Of a stretch of 64,000 bases of DNA, positions 12,284 through 24,300 are shown in pieces. The stretch is from Balanoglossus misakiensis (taxonomy: Eukaryota > Animalia > Hemichordata). The DNA is taken from the NCBI GenBank assembly GCA_040954595.2, contig CM082576.2, forward strand, positions 5,829,029-5,893,028. The letters are read 5' to 3'. The notes below the pieces were generated by a model. That model did not search any database. It was not told the DNA's origin and was given only the letters and a program-made list of their open reading frames with translations. A program made the position numbers and the translations under genes. How positions within the stretch are numbered: the first letter of the stretch is position 1; each line of letters starts with the position of its first letter.

Positions 12284-14560
12284 CAAAAGCAAAAATACCA
12301 CATTTTCTGCAAATGCACCCGCGATATCGAGCTTTCTATAGGGCTCTCTTGTTATCTTTAGTTTGACATTCTACTACAGGTGGTCGTGCATACTCACGTC
12401 ATCATTTTTATCGCCAGGTTCTTCGTAGGTGTAGCTCCATCTGGATAGCCACAGCTGTCCATATGCATGATAGTCCAAGTACACATCAACATCGTGGGTT
12501 TTGATGAAATCTGCTATCTCCCTGACCTCTCTTTCAGAGAACGGACGGGATCCATGATATACGTGAGAACAAGGATTGTCGCTTGTTCCGGGACCTTTAG
12601 AGACAGGAAATGTGTTATTATATTATACCAGTATATTGATGGTGTAAATCACGCTATTTGATTGGGCGAGACACGACACGTGACCGTGATATATTAGCCA
12701 TATACCACAGTCATATATCATAGTCAAAGAAAATGCCTTTTTAAAATGTTTTATGCAAAGTTTCAATATACTGGCATAATATAATAGCAATAAAACACCC
12801 CCAGCCATGGTATACCACTCGATTTTGACCAGTTCAACTCCATATACGCACTCGCTATCGCTCGTGCGTATATGTCGTGAACTGGTCAAAATCTCGTGAT
12901 ATACCATGGCTGGGGGTGTTTTATTGCTTAAACAATACAGTATTGCAAAAGTTGAAACAGGGAACAAAAGTGTCCGTCCAGTCACATTCTACTTTTGTGG
13001 CTATGGCGTGTTAAACATGTTGTCCGACGTCCCTGAAACCTCAGAACCGATAGGAGGTCGTATCCGTACCTGCGAAATTAGAAGTTGTAGGCAATGCAAT
13101 ATTCACAATGTGTGAAGAATTTACACTCGCCGGTTTCAAAATATCCTCGTTTTTCTCAAGTATAGACATACATGTCCATCGCGAAACTTACCTCCCCATT
13201 CCATGTCCCAGTTTGCATTCGGATCTGTTCCAGTACAGTTGGCATCTTCGTTTATAGATCTAGTTTTTCTCCACATTCGGTCCTAAGACATTTCGATGAA
13301 CAGAATATTGAAAAAGAATTCATGGGTTATACGTTCGATCTCGTGTTCATGCTTATTAATATCACATAACATCTACGTTGTCATGAAAGGGGCAGTTAAA
13401 CATTTAAATATTCTCCCTTCCTGTCCGGAACCACCTAGCACCTGAATGATTGAAGAAATGAAATTGGGCATCCCCTTGGTTAACTAGAATTTTGACCACC
13501 TCATACCACCACATAATTTAACGCCACCTATATACAGAACATGGCAATGGCTGGTTCCGGTTGTGAACTCTATTAGAGCGATTTCTTGAATGTTTTAAAC
13601 AAGGCAAAGAAGGCATCACAAACCCCATCACTGGCCCATGTGTACATGTATCCATCCACATTGGCAACGGGTACTATGAACCAGACTATTTCATCAACCA
13701 GTCGAGTTATGTCAGAATCCGCTCCATATTTGCTGAAAAGCTTACAAACGTTCAGATGAAATGCCGGTTAGTCAACTTAGAGGAAATGATCCGTAAATAA
13801 TCTACCCTCCGTACTGTACATGCATTTTCCAAGTTTAATTATAACTCAATCGCAACCGTATTTCTGTCTCAAATGCTATCGTCAAATATCGGATTAATAC
13901 ATTAAAATCGGTTGCAAGTACCTCATGAGCCATGAAGATGAGCGTGGCTGGCGAAATCCATTCTCTTGCATGGAAACCTCCAACCAGAAAGACAGTAGGC
14001 TTGTGTTTTCCCGTAACCACGTCATCTTTCGCTATCTGCATTGACGATGATAAAATGGAAGTGAAAATTAAAATTTTATGAGATGGTACGGGTAGGGCAC
14101 ATGGCTCCTTTGTGCAAAGTGGGGCGACAACTTCCACGGATGTTGTCGAGAGTGATATAGCTGGTTTTCTAAGTAGGCAAAACGTGTGGACGAGTTCATA
14201 TTGAGCTGATGAGTATTGCAGTATAAGCTTGTTGGAAGACTTTAAAGAGGCAAATTATCAACGCTCAAAATTATTAGAAAAGTTTGACTTTCTAGCTACA
14301 TTTTACCTTGAAAGCCTGGATTTCTCTTTTTTCAAAAGATGTGGCAATTTTGAATACTTGGACTATCTCTTCGTGTTTATCAGCACTCTCCAACATCCAC
14401 GTTTCGATCTGACAAAGAAACAAAGGATTATTGTGTGATGGCTTGTGTTAAAAATAGACCACAGAAAATCTTGTCGTTTAGAGGTTGTAATTTTCTTTAT
14501 TAGTGATTGTTTACTTCTGTTCACAGAGAAACGCACTGTATGAGCTTTTAAAAGATAGTA

Positions 14561-14594
<34 letters not shown>

Positions 14595-14595
14595 C

Positions 14596-14649
<54 letters not shown>

Positions 14650-15609
14650 TATATAGAAACATACACCAAATTCTTCCTGCTGTCTATAACTGAACCCGAA
14701 TGTCGTCAAATATGGCGGCTTGTCTCTTAAATATTTCACTTTGTGTGCGGCGTACATTACTGATCAAACAGAATCATATGATTTGTACCCCAAGTCTTAC
14801 CTCTTCGTACGTGTGATAGCGATCGAACTCAAACTGGTCTGGAGGATGGTCAGCAGCCTCACTTCGACGTCCCACTTGGTGATCGATAAGTGATTGTACG
14901 TCGTCAATCATGACGTCATAATTGATATTCGCCATTTTGAGCGAATCATCGATGTCATCGGTCAGATCTGGCGGAATCATTATGTCCACTGGTTGTTCTA
15001 ATGCGTACGGCGATTTCCAAAAGTCAAGCTAGGCATTAAGAAGCTAGTGTTACAGAGTATATAGGATTACATAGAAAATGGTGCAGTTCCAAAATATGTA
15101 ATTCGATACTTCAGCATTAGCTCATACAATGGGAAATTCGAAATTAAAAGAACGTAAAACAAGTTTCAATTCAAAGGACTATCAAGGCTCATAGGATTCC
15201 TTTTTTTAGAATTGAGTTTTATTCAACGATTAAACAATTTATTGTGGTTAATATGTTCGCAATCGGAACTTGCGGATGAACTACGTGATCGAAAGCGTAC
15301 CTGGGCACCGTAAAAACGTTTTAGTCTTTCAATAGAATTTATGTCTTCGTTGTCCTTTGGGTAAATGCGTAGAACCTGGTATCTGCAATGACAATATTGA
15401 TATAAAGACACCAATTCCACCCACTGACATTGTTATGTTATGCGACCGTGTAAAACAACTTGACTGACACAGAGTTTTTTGGTTTCGATTTGGAAATATA
15501 GAATAGATGAGTTATCCTACCTGTCAAACCTACCATCCGCTCTAACTAACGGAACTACACACATGGAAAGACACACGCCCACAACAAAGAAACCAAGCTT
15601 GAAAGTCAT
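11220..15609 (-). CDS. M14A zinc carboxypeptidase, copy 2 (Arg145->Ala variant), 10 exons
   Basis: Same exon set as copy 1, splice dinucleotides intact, no stop seen. GFHAREW, DYHAYGQ and IELRD are retained, but GTDPNANW replaces GTDPNRNW. Confidence 0.93.
12617..12930. mobile_element. 314-bp insertion containing a ~143-bp hairpin (MITE/foldback-like), only in duplicate 2
   Basis: Empty site tgtgtt^aacaatac at 6672-6685. Inverted arms agcaataaaacacccccagccatggtata... (12786) and ...tataccatggctgggggtgttttattgct (12928). Confidence 0.8.
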
Positions 15610-15984
15610 TCTCCAGGTTGCAGTGTCACTGTGTGAGTTACGTGATCTATGTCTATGTGCGACCCGTGTTAGGCAGATTAGCTGTTTTGTACACTTGTGT
15701 AATTGTGTAGAGTGTCGTGTGCATAGGTGAGTAAATGTTTTGACCGTTGACATGTGCGAATATGAGAGACCATTAATCTGATTATACGACCGGACTGTAG
15801 TGTTTGGAAACTCATTAAATGGTAGTTATCCTACTAATATTAGATTATTGACAGGAAAGACTGTCGGGGCACTGTTTAATACTATAACTGTCTGATTGTT
15901 AATTACGAATTCAATACTGCAATAAAAAGAAATTGTTATCATATGAAAAACATCATTGTAAGGAACATTAATAAAAAAAAAACA

Positions 15985-18900
15985 CGCTGCGGTGCAAATA
16001 AGATCCTTGGAGTTATGCTGCACTATAGTGCGGAAAATTTCCGACTTTTTCGAGTACAAATCGTGATGGCGAAGGGTTCAGGAAGGCTAGCCTTTTACCT
16101 GAAGGTGTCAACTGATGTTGGTTCGAGACCACTTTTTTTCTATTTTTTTTGTGAGAACTTTTAACGACATTATCATTGTAGTTTTTATCATTTTCATAAA
16201 TCCAATTCATTTCATTATCTACGCTGCGTTTTTTATCTGTCGGGTATAAGAAATATGCAGGGAAACTTGGTCATTTTTTTGTCGCGGTTCACTTGGGCAA
16301 GTCTGAATACGGAGTGCTCAGCAGAGAGAAAGATAAACTCGCTAAAACCGTGTCTTTCCAGCCGCATGACCAACCAAGGAGCGAAAAAGTCGTTATTTAG
16401 GCCGTAATAAAACGTTTTTGTCGCCGAGGAGTGAATAAAGAACGGTCAGATCGTTGCGGTGCAGGGAACTCACCTCTTATTTGCACCGCTGCGGTGCAAA
16501 TAAGATCATTGGAGTTATGCTGCAATATAGTGCGGAAAATTTCCGACTTTTTCGAGTACAAATCGTGATGGCGAAGGGTTCAGGAAGGCTAGCCTTTTAC
16601 CTGAAGGTGTCAACTGATGTTGGTTCGAGACCACTTTTTTTCTATTTTTTTTTGTGAGAAATTTTAACGACATTATCATTGTAGTTTTTATCATTTTCAT
16701 AAATCCAATTCATTTCAATATCTACGCTGCGTTTTTTATCTGTCGGGTATAAGAAACATGCAGGGAAACTTGGTCATTTTTTTGTCGCGGTTCACTTGGG
16801 CAAGTCTGAATACGGAGTGCTCAGCAGAGAGAAAGATAAACTCGCTAAAACCGTGTCTTTCCATCCGCATGACCAACCAAGGAGCGAAAAAGTCGTTATT
16901 TAAGCCGTAATAAAACGTTTTTGTCGCCGAGGAGTGAATAAAGAACGGTCAGATCGTTGCGGTGCAGGGAACTCTTATCTGCACCGCTGCGGTGCAAATA
17001 AGAATTTGCACCGCTGCGGTGCAAATAAGATCATTGGAGTTATGCTGCAATATAGTGCGGAAAATTTTCGACTTTTTCGAGTACAAATCGCGATGGCGAA
17101 GGGTTCAGGAAGGCTAGCCTTTTACATGAAGGTGTCAACTGATGTTGGTTCGAGACCACTTTTTTTTCTATTTTTTTTTGTGAGAACTTTTAACGACATT
17201 ATCATTGTAGTTTTTATCATTTTCATAAATCCAATTCATTTCATTATCTACGCTGCGTTTTTTATCTGTCGGGTATAAGAAACATGCAGGGAAACTTGGT
17301 CATTTTTTTGTCGCGGTTCACTTGGGCAAGTCTGAATACGGAGTGCTCAGCAGAGAGAAAGATAAACTCGCTAAAACCGTGTCTTTCCATCCGCATGACC
17401 AACCAAGGAGCGAAAAAGTCGTTATTTAGGCCGTAATAAAACGTTTTTGTCGCCGAGGAGTGAATAAAGAACGGTCAGATCGTTGCGGTGCAGGGAACTC
17501 TTATTTGCACCGCTGCGGTGCAAATAAGAATTTGCACCGCTGCGGTGCAAATAAGATCATTGGAGTTATGCTGCAATATAGTGCGGAAAATTTCCGACTT
17601 TTTCGAGTACAAATCGTGATGGCGAAGGGTTCAGGAAGGCTAGCCTTTTACCTGAAGGTGTCAACTGATGTTGGTTCGAGACCACTTTTTTTTCTATTTT
17701 TTTGTGTGAGAACTTTTAACGACATTATCATTGTAGTTTTTATCATTTTCATAAATCCAATTCATTTCATTATCTACGCTGCGTTTTTTATCTGTCGGGT
17801 ATAAGAAATATGCAGGGAAACTTGGTCATTTTTTTGTCGCGTTTCACTTGGGCAAGTCTGAATACGGAGTGCTCAGCAGAGAGAAAGATAAACTCGCTAA
17901 AACCGTGTCTTTCCATCCGCATGACCAACCAAGGAGCGAAAAAGTCGTTATTTAGGCCGTAATAAAACGTTTTTGTCGCCGAGGAGTGAATAAAGAACGG
18001 TCAGATCGTTGCGGTGCAGGGAACTCTTATTTGCACCGCTGCGGTGCAAATAAGATCATTGGAGTTATGCTGCAATATAGTGCGGAAAATTTTCGACTTT
18101 TTCGAGTACAAATCGCGATGGCGAAGGGTTCAGGAAGGCTAGCCTTTTACATGAAGGTGTCAACTGATGTTGGTTCGAGACCACTTTTTTTTCTATTTTT
18201 TTTTGTGAGAACTTTTAACGACATTATCATTGTAGTTTTTATCATTTTCATAAATCCAATTCATTTCATTATCTACGCTGCGTTTTTTATCTGTCGGGTA
18301 TAAGAAACATGCAGGGAAACTTGGTCATTTTTTTTGTCGCGGTTCACTTGGGCAAGTCTGAATACGGAGTGCTCAGCAGAGAGAAAGATAAACTCGCTAA
18401 AACCGTGTCTTTCCATCCGCATGACCAACCAAGGAGCGAAAAAGTCGTTATTTAGGCCGTAATAAAACGTTTTTGTCGCCGAGGAGTGAATAAAGAACGG
18501 TCAGATCGTTGCGGTGCAGGGAACTCTTATTTGCACCGCTGCGGTGCAAATAAGAATTTGCACCGCTGCGGTGCAAATAAGATCATTGGAGTTATGCTGC
18601 AATATAGTGCGGAAAATTTCCGACTTTTTCGAGTACAAATCGTGATGGCGAAGGGTTCAGGAAGGCTAGCCTTTTACCTGAAGGTGTCAACTGATGTTGG
18701 TTCGAGACCACTTTTTTTTCTATTTTTTTGTGTGAGAACTTTTAACGACATTATCATTGTAGTTTTTATCATTTTCATAAATCCAATTCATTTCATTATC
18801 TACGCTGCGTTTTTTATCTGTCGGGTATAAGAAATATGCAGGGAAACTTGGTCATTTTTTTGTCGCGTTTCACTTGGGCAAGTCTGAATACGGAGTGCTC

Positions 18901-20915
18901 AGCAGAGAGAAAGATAAACTCGCTAAAACCGTGTCTTTCCATCCGCATGACCAACCAAGGAGCGAAAAAGTCGTTATTTAGGCCGTAATAAAACGTTTTT
19001 GTCGCCGAGGAGTGAATAAAGAACGGTCAGATCGTTGCGGTGCAGGGAACTCTTATTTGCACCGCTGCGGTGCAAATAAGAATTTGCACCGCTGCGGTGC
19101 AAATAAGATCATTGGAGTTATGCTGCAATATAGTGCGGAAAATTTCCGACTTTTTCGAGTTCAAATCGTGATGGCGAAGGGTTCAGGAAGGCTAGCCTTT
19201 TACCTGAAGGTGTCAACTGATGTTGGTTCGAGACCACTTTTTTTTTCTATTTTTTTTTTGTGAGAACTTTTAACGACATTATCATTGTAGTTTTTATCAT
19301 TTTCATAAATCCAATTCATTTCATTATCTACGCTGTGTTTTTTATCTGTCGGGTATAAGAAATATGCAGGGAAACTTGGTCATTTTTTTGTCGCGGTTCA
19401 CTTGGGCAAGTCTGAATACGGAGTGCTCAGCAGAGAGAAAGATAAACTCGCTAAAACCGTGTCTTTCCATCCGCATGACCAACCAAGGAGCGAAAAAGTC
19501 GTTATTTAGGCCGTAATAAAACGTTTTTGTCGCCGAGGAGTGAATAAAGAACGGTCAGATCGTTGCGGTGCAGGGAACTCTTATTTGCACCGCTGCGGTG
19601 CAAATAAGAATTTGCACCGCTGCGGTGCAAATAAGATCATTGGAGTTATGCTGCAATATAGTGCGGAAAATTTTCGACTTTTTCGAGTACAAATCGTGAT
19701 GGCGAAGGGTTCAGGAAGGCTACCCTTTTACATGAAGGTGTCAACTGATGTTGGTTCGAGACCACTTTTTTTTTCTATTTTTTTTGTGAGAACTTTTAAC
19801 GACATTATCATTGTAGTTTTTATCATTTTCATAAATCCAATTCATTTCATTATCTACGCTGCGTTTTTTATCTGTCGGGTATAAGAAACATGCAGGGAAA
19901 CTTGGTCATTTTTTTTGTCGCGGTTCACTTGGGCAAGTCTGAATACGGAGTGCTCAGCAGAGAGAAAGATAAACTCGCTAAAACCGTGTCTTTCCATCCG
20001 CATGACCAACCAAGGAGCGAAAAAGTCGTTATTTAGGCCGTAATAAAACGTTTTTGTCGCCGAGGAGTGAATAAAGAACGGTCAGATCGTTGCGGTGCAG
20101 GGAACTCTTATTTGCACCGCTGCGGTGCAAATAAGAATTTGCACCGCTGCGGTGCAAATAAGATCATTGGAGTTATGCTGCAATATAGTGCGGAAAATTT
20201 CCGACTTTTTCCAGTACAAATCGTGATGGCGAAGGGTTCAGGAAGGCTAGCCTTTTACCTGAAGGTGTCAACTGATGTTGGTTCGAGACCACTTTTTTTT
20301 CTATTTTTTTTTTGTGAGAACTTTTAACGACATTATCATTGTAGTTTTTATCATTTTCATAAATCCAATTCATTTCATTATCTACGCTGCGTTTTTTATC
20401 TGTCGGGTATAAGAAATATGCAGGGAAACTTGGTCATTTTTTTGTCGCGGTTCACTTGGGCAAGTTTGAATACGGAGTGCTCAGCATACAGAAAGATAAA
20501 CTCGCTAAAACCGTGTCTTTCCATCCGCATGACCAACCAAGGAGCGAAAAAGTCGTTATTTAGGCCGTAATAAAACGTTTTTGTCGCCGAGGAGTGAATA
20601 AAGAAAGGTCAGATCGTTGCGGTGCAGGGAACTCACCTCTTATTTGCACCGCTGCGGTGCAAATAAGATCATTGGAGTTATGCTGCAATATAGTGCGGAA
20701 AATTTCCGACTTTTTCGAGTACAAATCGTGATGGCGAAGGGTTCAGGAAGGCTAGCCTTTTACCTGAAGGTGTCAACTGATGTTGGTTCGAGACCGCTTT
20801 TTTTTCTATTTCTTTTTTTTTGTGAGAACTTTTAACGACATTATCATTGTAGTTTTTATCATTTTCATAAATCTAATTCATTTCAATATCTACGCTGCAT
20901 TTTTTATCTGTCGGG
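15985..20915. repeat. Tandem satellite, ~500-528-bp monomer, ~9.5 copies
   Basis: gtgaataaagaa recurs at ~16432, 16934, 17460, 17986, 18486, 19012, 19540, 20067 and 20594. Length variation comes mainly from a 27-bp internal duplication. Confidence 0.97.
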
Positions 20916-21370
20916 ACCAACCATCCTTTTTTGGCTATCCAATTTTTATCATAAACGCAAACAGGTGAGATGTTCCCATAATGGTCTTTCATCCCCAACC
21001 GGAGCTCAAATCTATTTTATCCTGAACCGTAACTTTTGACCTACATCATGCGTTTGTTGGATGTCTTCGACATGCAAAAGTTCGTGCTCTTGTTTCGTGT
21101 TCTCTTGTACTAAAAATTGGTTTAATTTTTTTTGTTAGCAGAGAGGTTTAATTGTGACATTGTGGTCACATTGAAGCCACGTCTGGCAAACACAGTGTTG
21201 CACATATTGTGCAATTGGCGAAATGCATGGATGTTGGCAACGTCACTATTATTGGAGATCGATCGCGACGTCTCGGCATCACGTGACAAAGATATTGGGC
21301 GTTCTGATCTAACGTGACGACGTATAACCAGACTGCTCTAATATTCATTAAACCGGATAGAGAGCTTTCC

Positions 21371-24300
21371 ATGAACATGTCGAGAATTTTGTTCATCGTC
21401 TGTGTCGGCCTATCGCTGGCAGCAGCAGAAGTTCGATATGACGGGTGAGTTGTTTGTTGTAACTTTCTTTTCGTTCTGGGTTTCACAATTGTGTCTGACG
21501 TTAATATCCCAAATTTTCCATGTCGTATCACAACATATGGCTACTCTAGTGCTGACAGTGTAAGCAACTAGTTCGAGAAATATTTTCAAAGCCCTACTTT
21601 TTATTGACTGCAGACTTATTTTATATTCAACAAATTATCAGTCGTACCATCCCAGGGAATAGGCAAATAAGTAACTAGTGATTGACAGTGTATTTTGTTG
21701 AACGTATTTATACACGCAATGACTTCGCAGTTTAAATGCATTTTATCTCCCCGATCGACACCAGTAACCATATGGCACACAGCAGTCTTGGACAGTTTTG
21801 TGGTATTATCAGTTGAAGACATACACCGGCACAGTGTTTTGTAGAATATTCGAAAATATATCACTCTTTTCAAAAGTTCATTAGTATGTAAAGGTGCAGT
21901 GTTAGAAACTATGTTAATGTCCGTTTTATTTTCAGTTACGAAGTTTTGCGCGTGGACGTGCAATCCAAGTTGCACGTTGACATCCTGGAAGTCTTGGGGG
22001 AAGACATCGAGGTAACCTCTTTCTGGGAAGTGTGGTGTACAAACAAGATTGAAATTGTACACTCTAAATATTTAAATTTATACAAAAATTTAGGATAATG
22101 TTGATCACATAATAAGAAAGCGCATATTCCTCTTTTAAATCAGTTGGCTATATGAGTTATATGATTATTTTTCATCAGTATAGTGCATACGCTTGATTTC
22201 CATATAATTTGAAATTACTGGCTTTTGAGACCATAAGTTCGTTTTTATCTCTTAGGAGAGCTTGGCACAAATTTTGTAACGGTGAACTAGCTGATCATAT
22301 CAGATAACCATTATGCGATCTTTCAGCTGGACTTCTGGGATTTCCCGAGAGACCTCATGGTATCTCCTGCACAAGCTGGCAAGGTCAAATCCCTTCTTCA
22401 AAGACACGGAATTTCATACAACGTGTGGATTGAAGATGTCCAAGCAATTGTTGATTCTCAGTTAATAGATACCCAACGACAATCCGTGGATTTCTATACT
22501 TCCTACCATTCCTACGATGAGGTACAGTATTGCTTTAAAACAAGTTGAAATTTAACTTATTTTGCAATTTCCCTTGTAAACAGCACATTACCAAACGGGT
22601 AATCAACAAAACACAAAGGCCAACGCCTATTGTTTAAAGTACATATGTACTCACGAAAAGTTATATTTAAAAATAGGTTTATACACGTAAAGCAGTTATT
22701 ACCATATGCCCATATATGGTCAAAATGGCGGATCCTGATTTCCGAATTGTCATCTGGTGGCCCACTATTTTGCGTGTACCACCCACTGAAAATCGGTGAT
22801 TGGCTATATTGAAATTTTCCATGGTAGCAGTTAATTCGCATAGATGAGCGTATACTAACAATGATCTAACACTGGTTGCTTGCAGATCAACCAATGGGTA
22901 AAGGACACCGCTGCTGCGTATTCAAATATCGCAATAGACTTTGTATTTTCCGAAACATCGTATGAAGGGCGAGAGCTGCGTGCATTGAAGGTAACAGTCA
23001 GTCTCAGAAATGGCAGTCATGCGAAAAGAATGAACATGGTGATAAGATTCATATATATCTGCTTACACACGGAATCCACCATGCACTGCAATACGCTACT
23101 AAACTGGTATAGCGTATTGCAGTGTTGTTCAGTGTAGTGTAGTGTAGTGTAGTGTAGTGTAGTGTAGTGTAGTGTAGTGTAGTGTAGTGTAGTGTAGTGT
23201 AGTGTAGTGTAGTGTAGTGTAGTGTAGTGTAGTGTGCTTTACCCTGCCAATATTTAGTCAGTTTCCCAAATAAGACATTCTCACCGACGTTTTTTGTCGT
23301 CATTCAATCCCAGATCAGCGGTGGAGCAGCCACAGATAAACCGGTTATTTGGATAGAAGGTGGGATCCACGCCCGTGAATGGATTTCACCGGCTACCGTC
23401 ATGTATATAGCTGACACGGTAAGTCCAACCCGATAGACAATAACTGGGTTATCCTTATGTGAACTCAATATGAGGGCCGATACACGCTTATTAATTTATA
23501 TTTCAAATAATTACATTTCAATTTGAAATATATTTCCGTTTTTTTCCATGCACTTTATAAGCTTTTGGCAGATTATGCAAAAGACGCGGAAGTGAAGAAC
23601 ATCATCGACAGCTATGAAATTTACGTCCATCCTTTAATCAACCCAGATGGCTACGAGCATACAAGGTTGGAAGTGAGTATGCAAATTTAATGGTTGGAGG
23701 ATCAAGTCCGAAACCTGGGTGTGTTGGGCACATACATGTAGGTTGCTGTGAAGCTGTGGGGGATACATGTTTTGTGTTTGTCCGTCGGTCTCTGTGTCCT
23801 CACCATATTTGTTAGCAAATTATACCTTCAAGCTATAGTTTGTATGTGTTACATGTGTAGCATTAAACTGTCCGTTCGTGGCTACTCTCATCACTTGCTA
23901 CTGAAGAAGGCCACATAATTGACCTCGTCTCATTTCACATAAATTTGTATTCGACACTAATATGAAACACCCATACCATGCAGGACCGTATGTGGAGAAA
24001 GACGCGTTCTATAAATAAGGACAATGTCCTTTGCAATGGCACTGATGGTAACAGAAACTTCGAATATGAATGGGGAGGTAGGTGTAAGAAATATTAAAAA
24101 TAATCGGCTAACTATTTGCCTTTAATTTAAAGTTTGTTTTTGGAAGTTGAAATGTCGACTAAGACATTCTGTCTGTATAGTTGAATTACACGATAGATTC
24201 TATACGCCCCTCGCTTAAATTTAGCTTAACGAAGGACAAGATGTCTCCCGCTGCAAGTGTTATGGAACTTTGTGCATGTATCGACAGTTAAAAAAGATGA

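Larger units (their letters stand above)
5018..16360. repeat. Tandem segmental duplication, two ~5.7 kb units (~5018-10735 and ~10734-16360)
   Basis: cctagtatgtactgatatgc occurs at ~5018 and ~10734. The units are colinear and near-identical through the SLC5 last exon, a whole carboxypeptidase gene and the first satellite monomer. Confidence 0.93.

Noticed and set aside
16934-20835. Repeated ~114-aa ORFs in the 526-bp satellite; CRISPR-like appearance
   Set aside because: GTG/TTG starts, frameshifts at T-runs and no domain. The sequence between palindromes is near-identical rather than unique spacers, there are no cas genes, and the context is eukaryotic.
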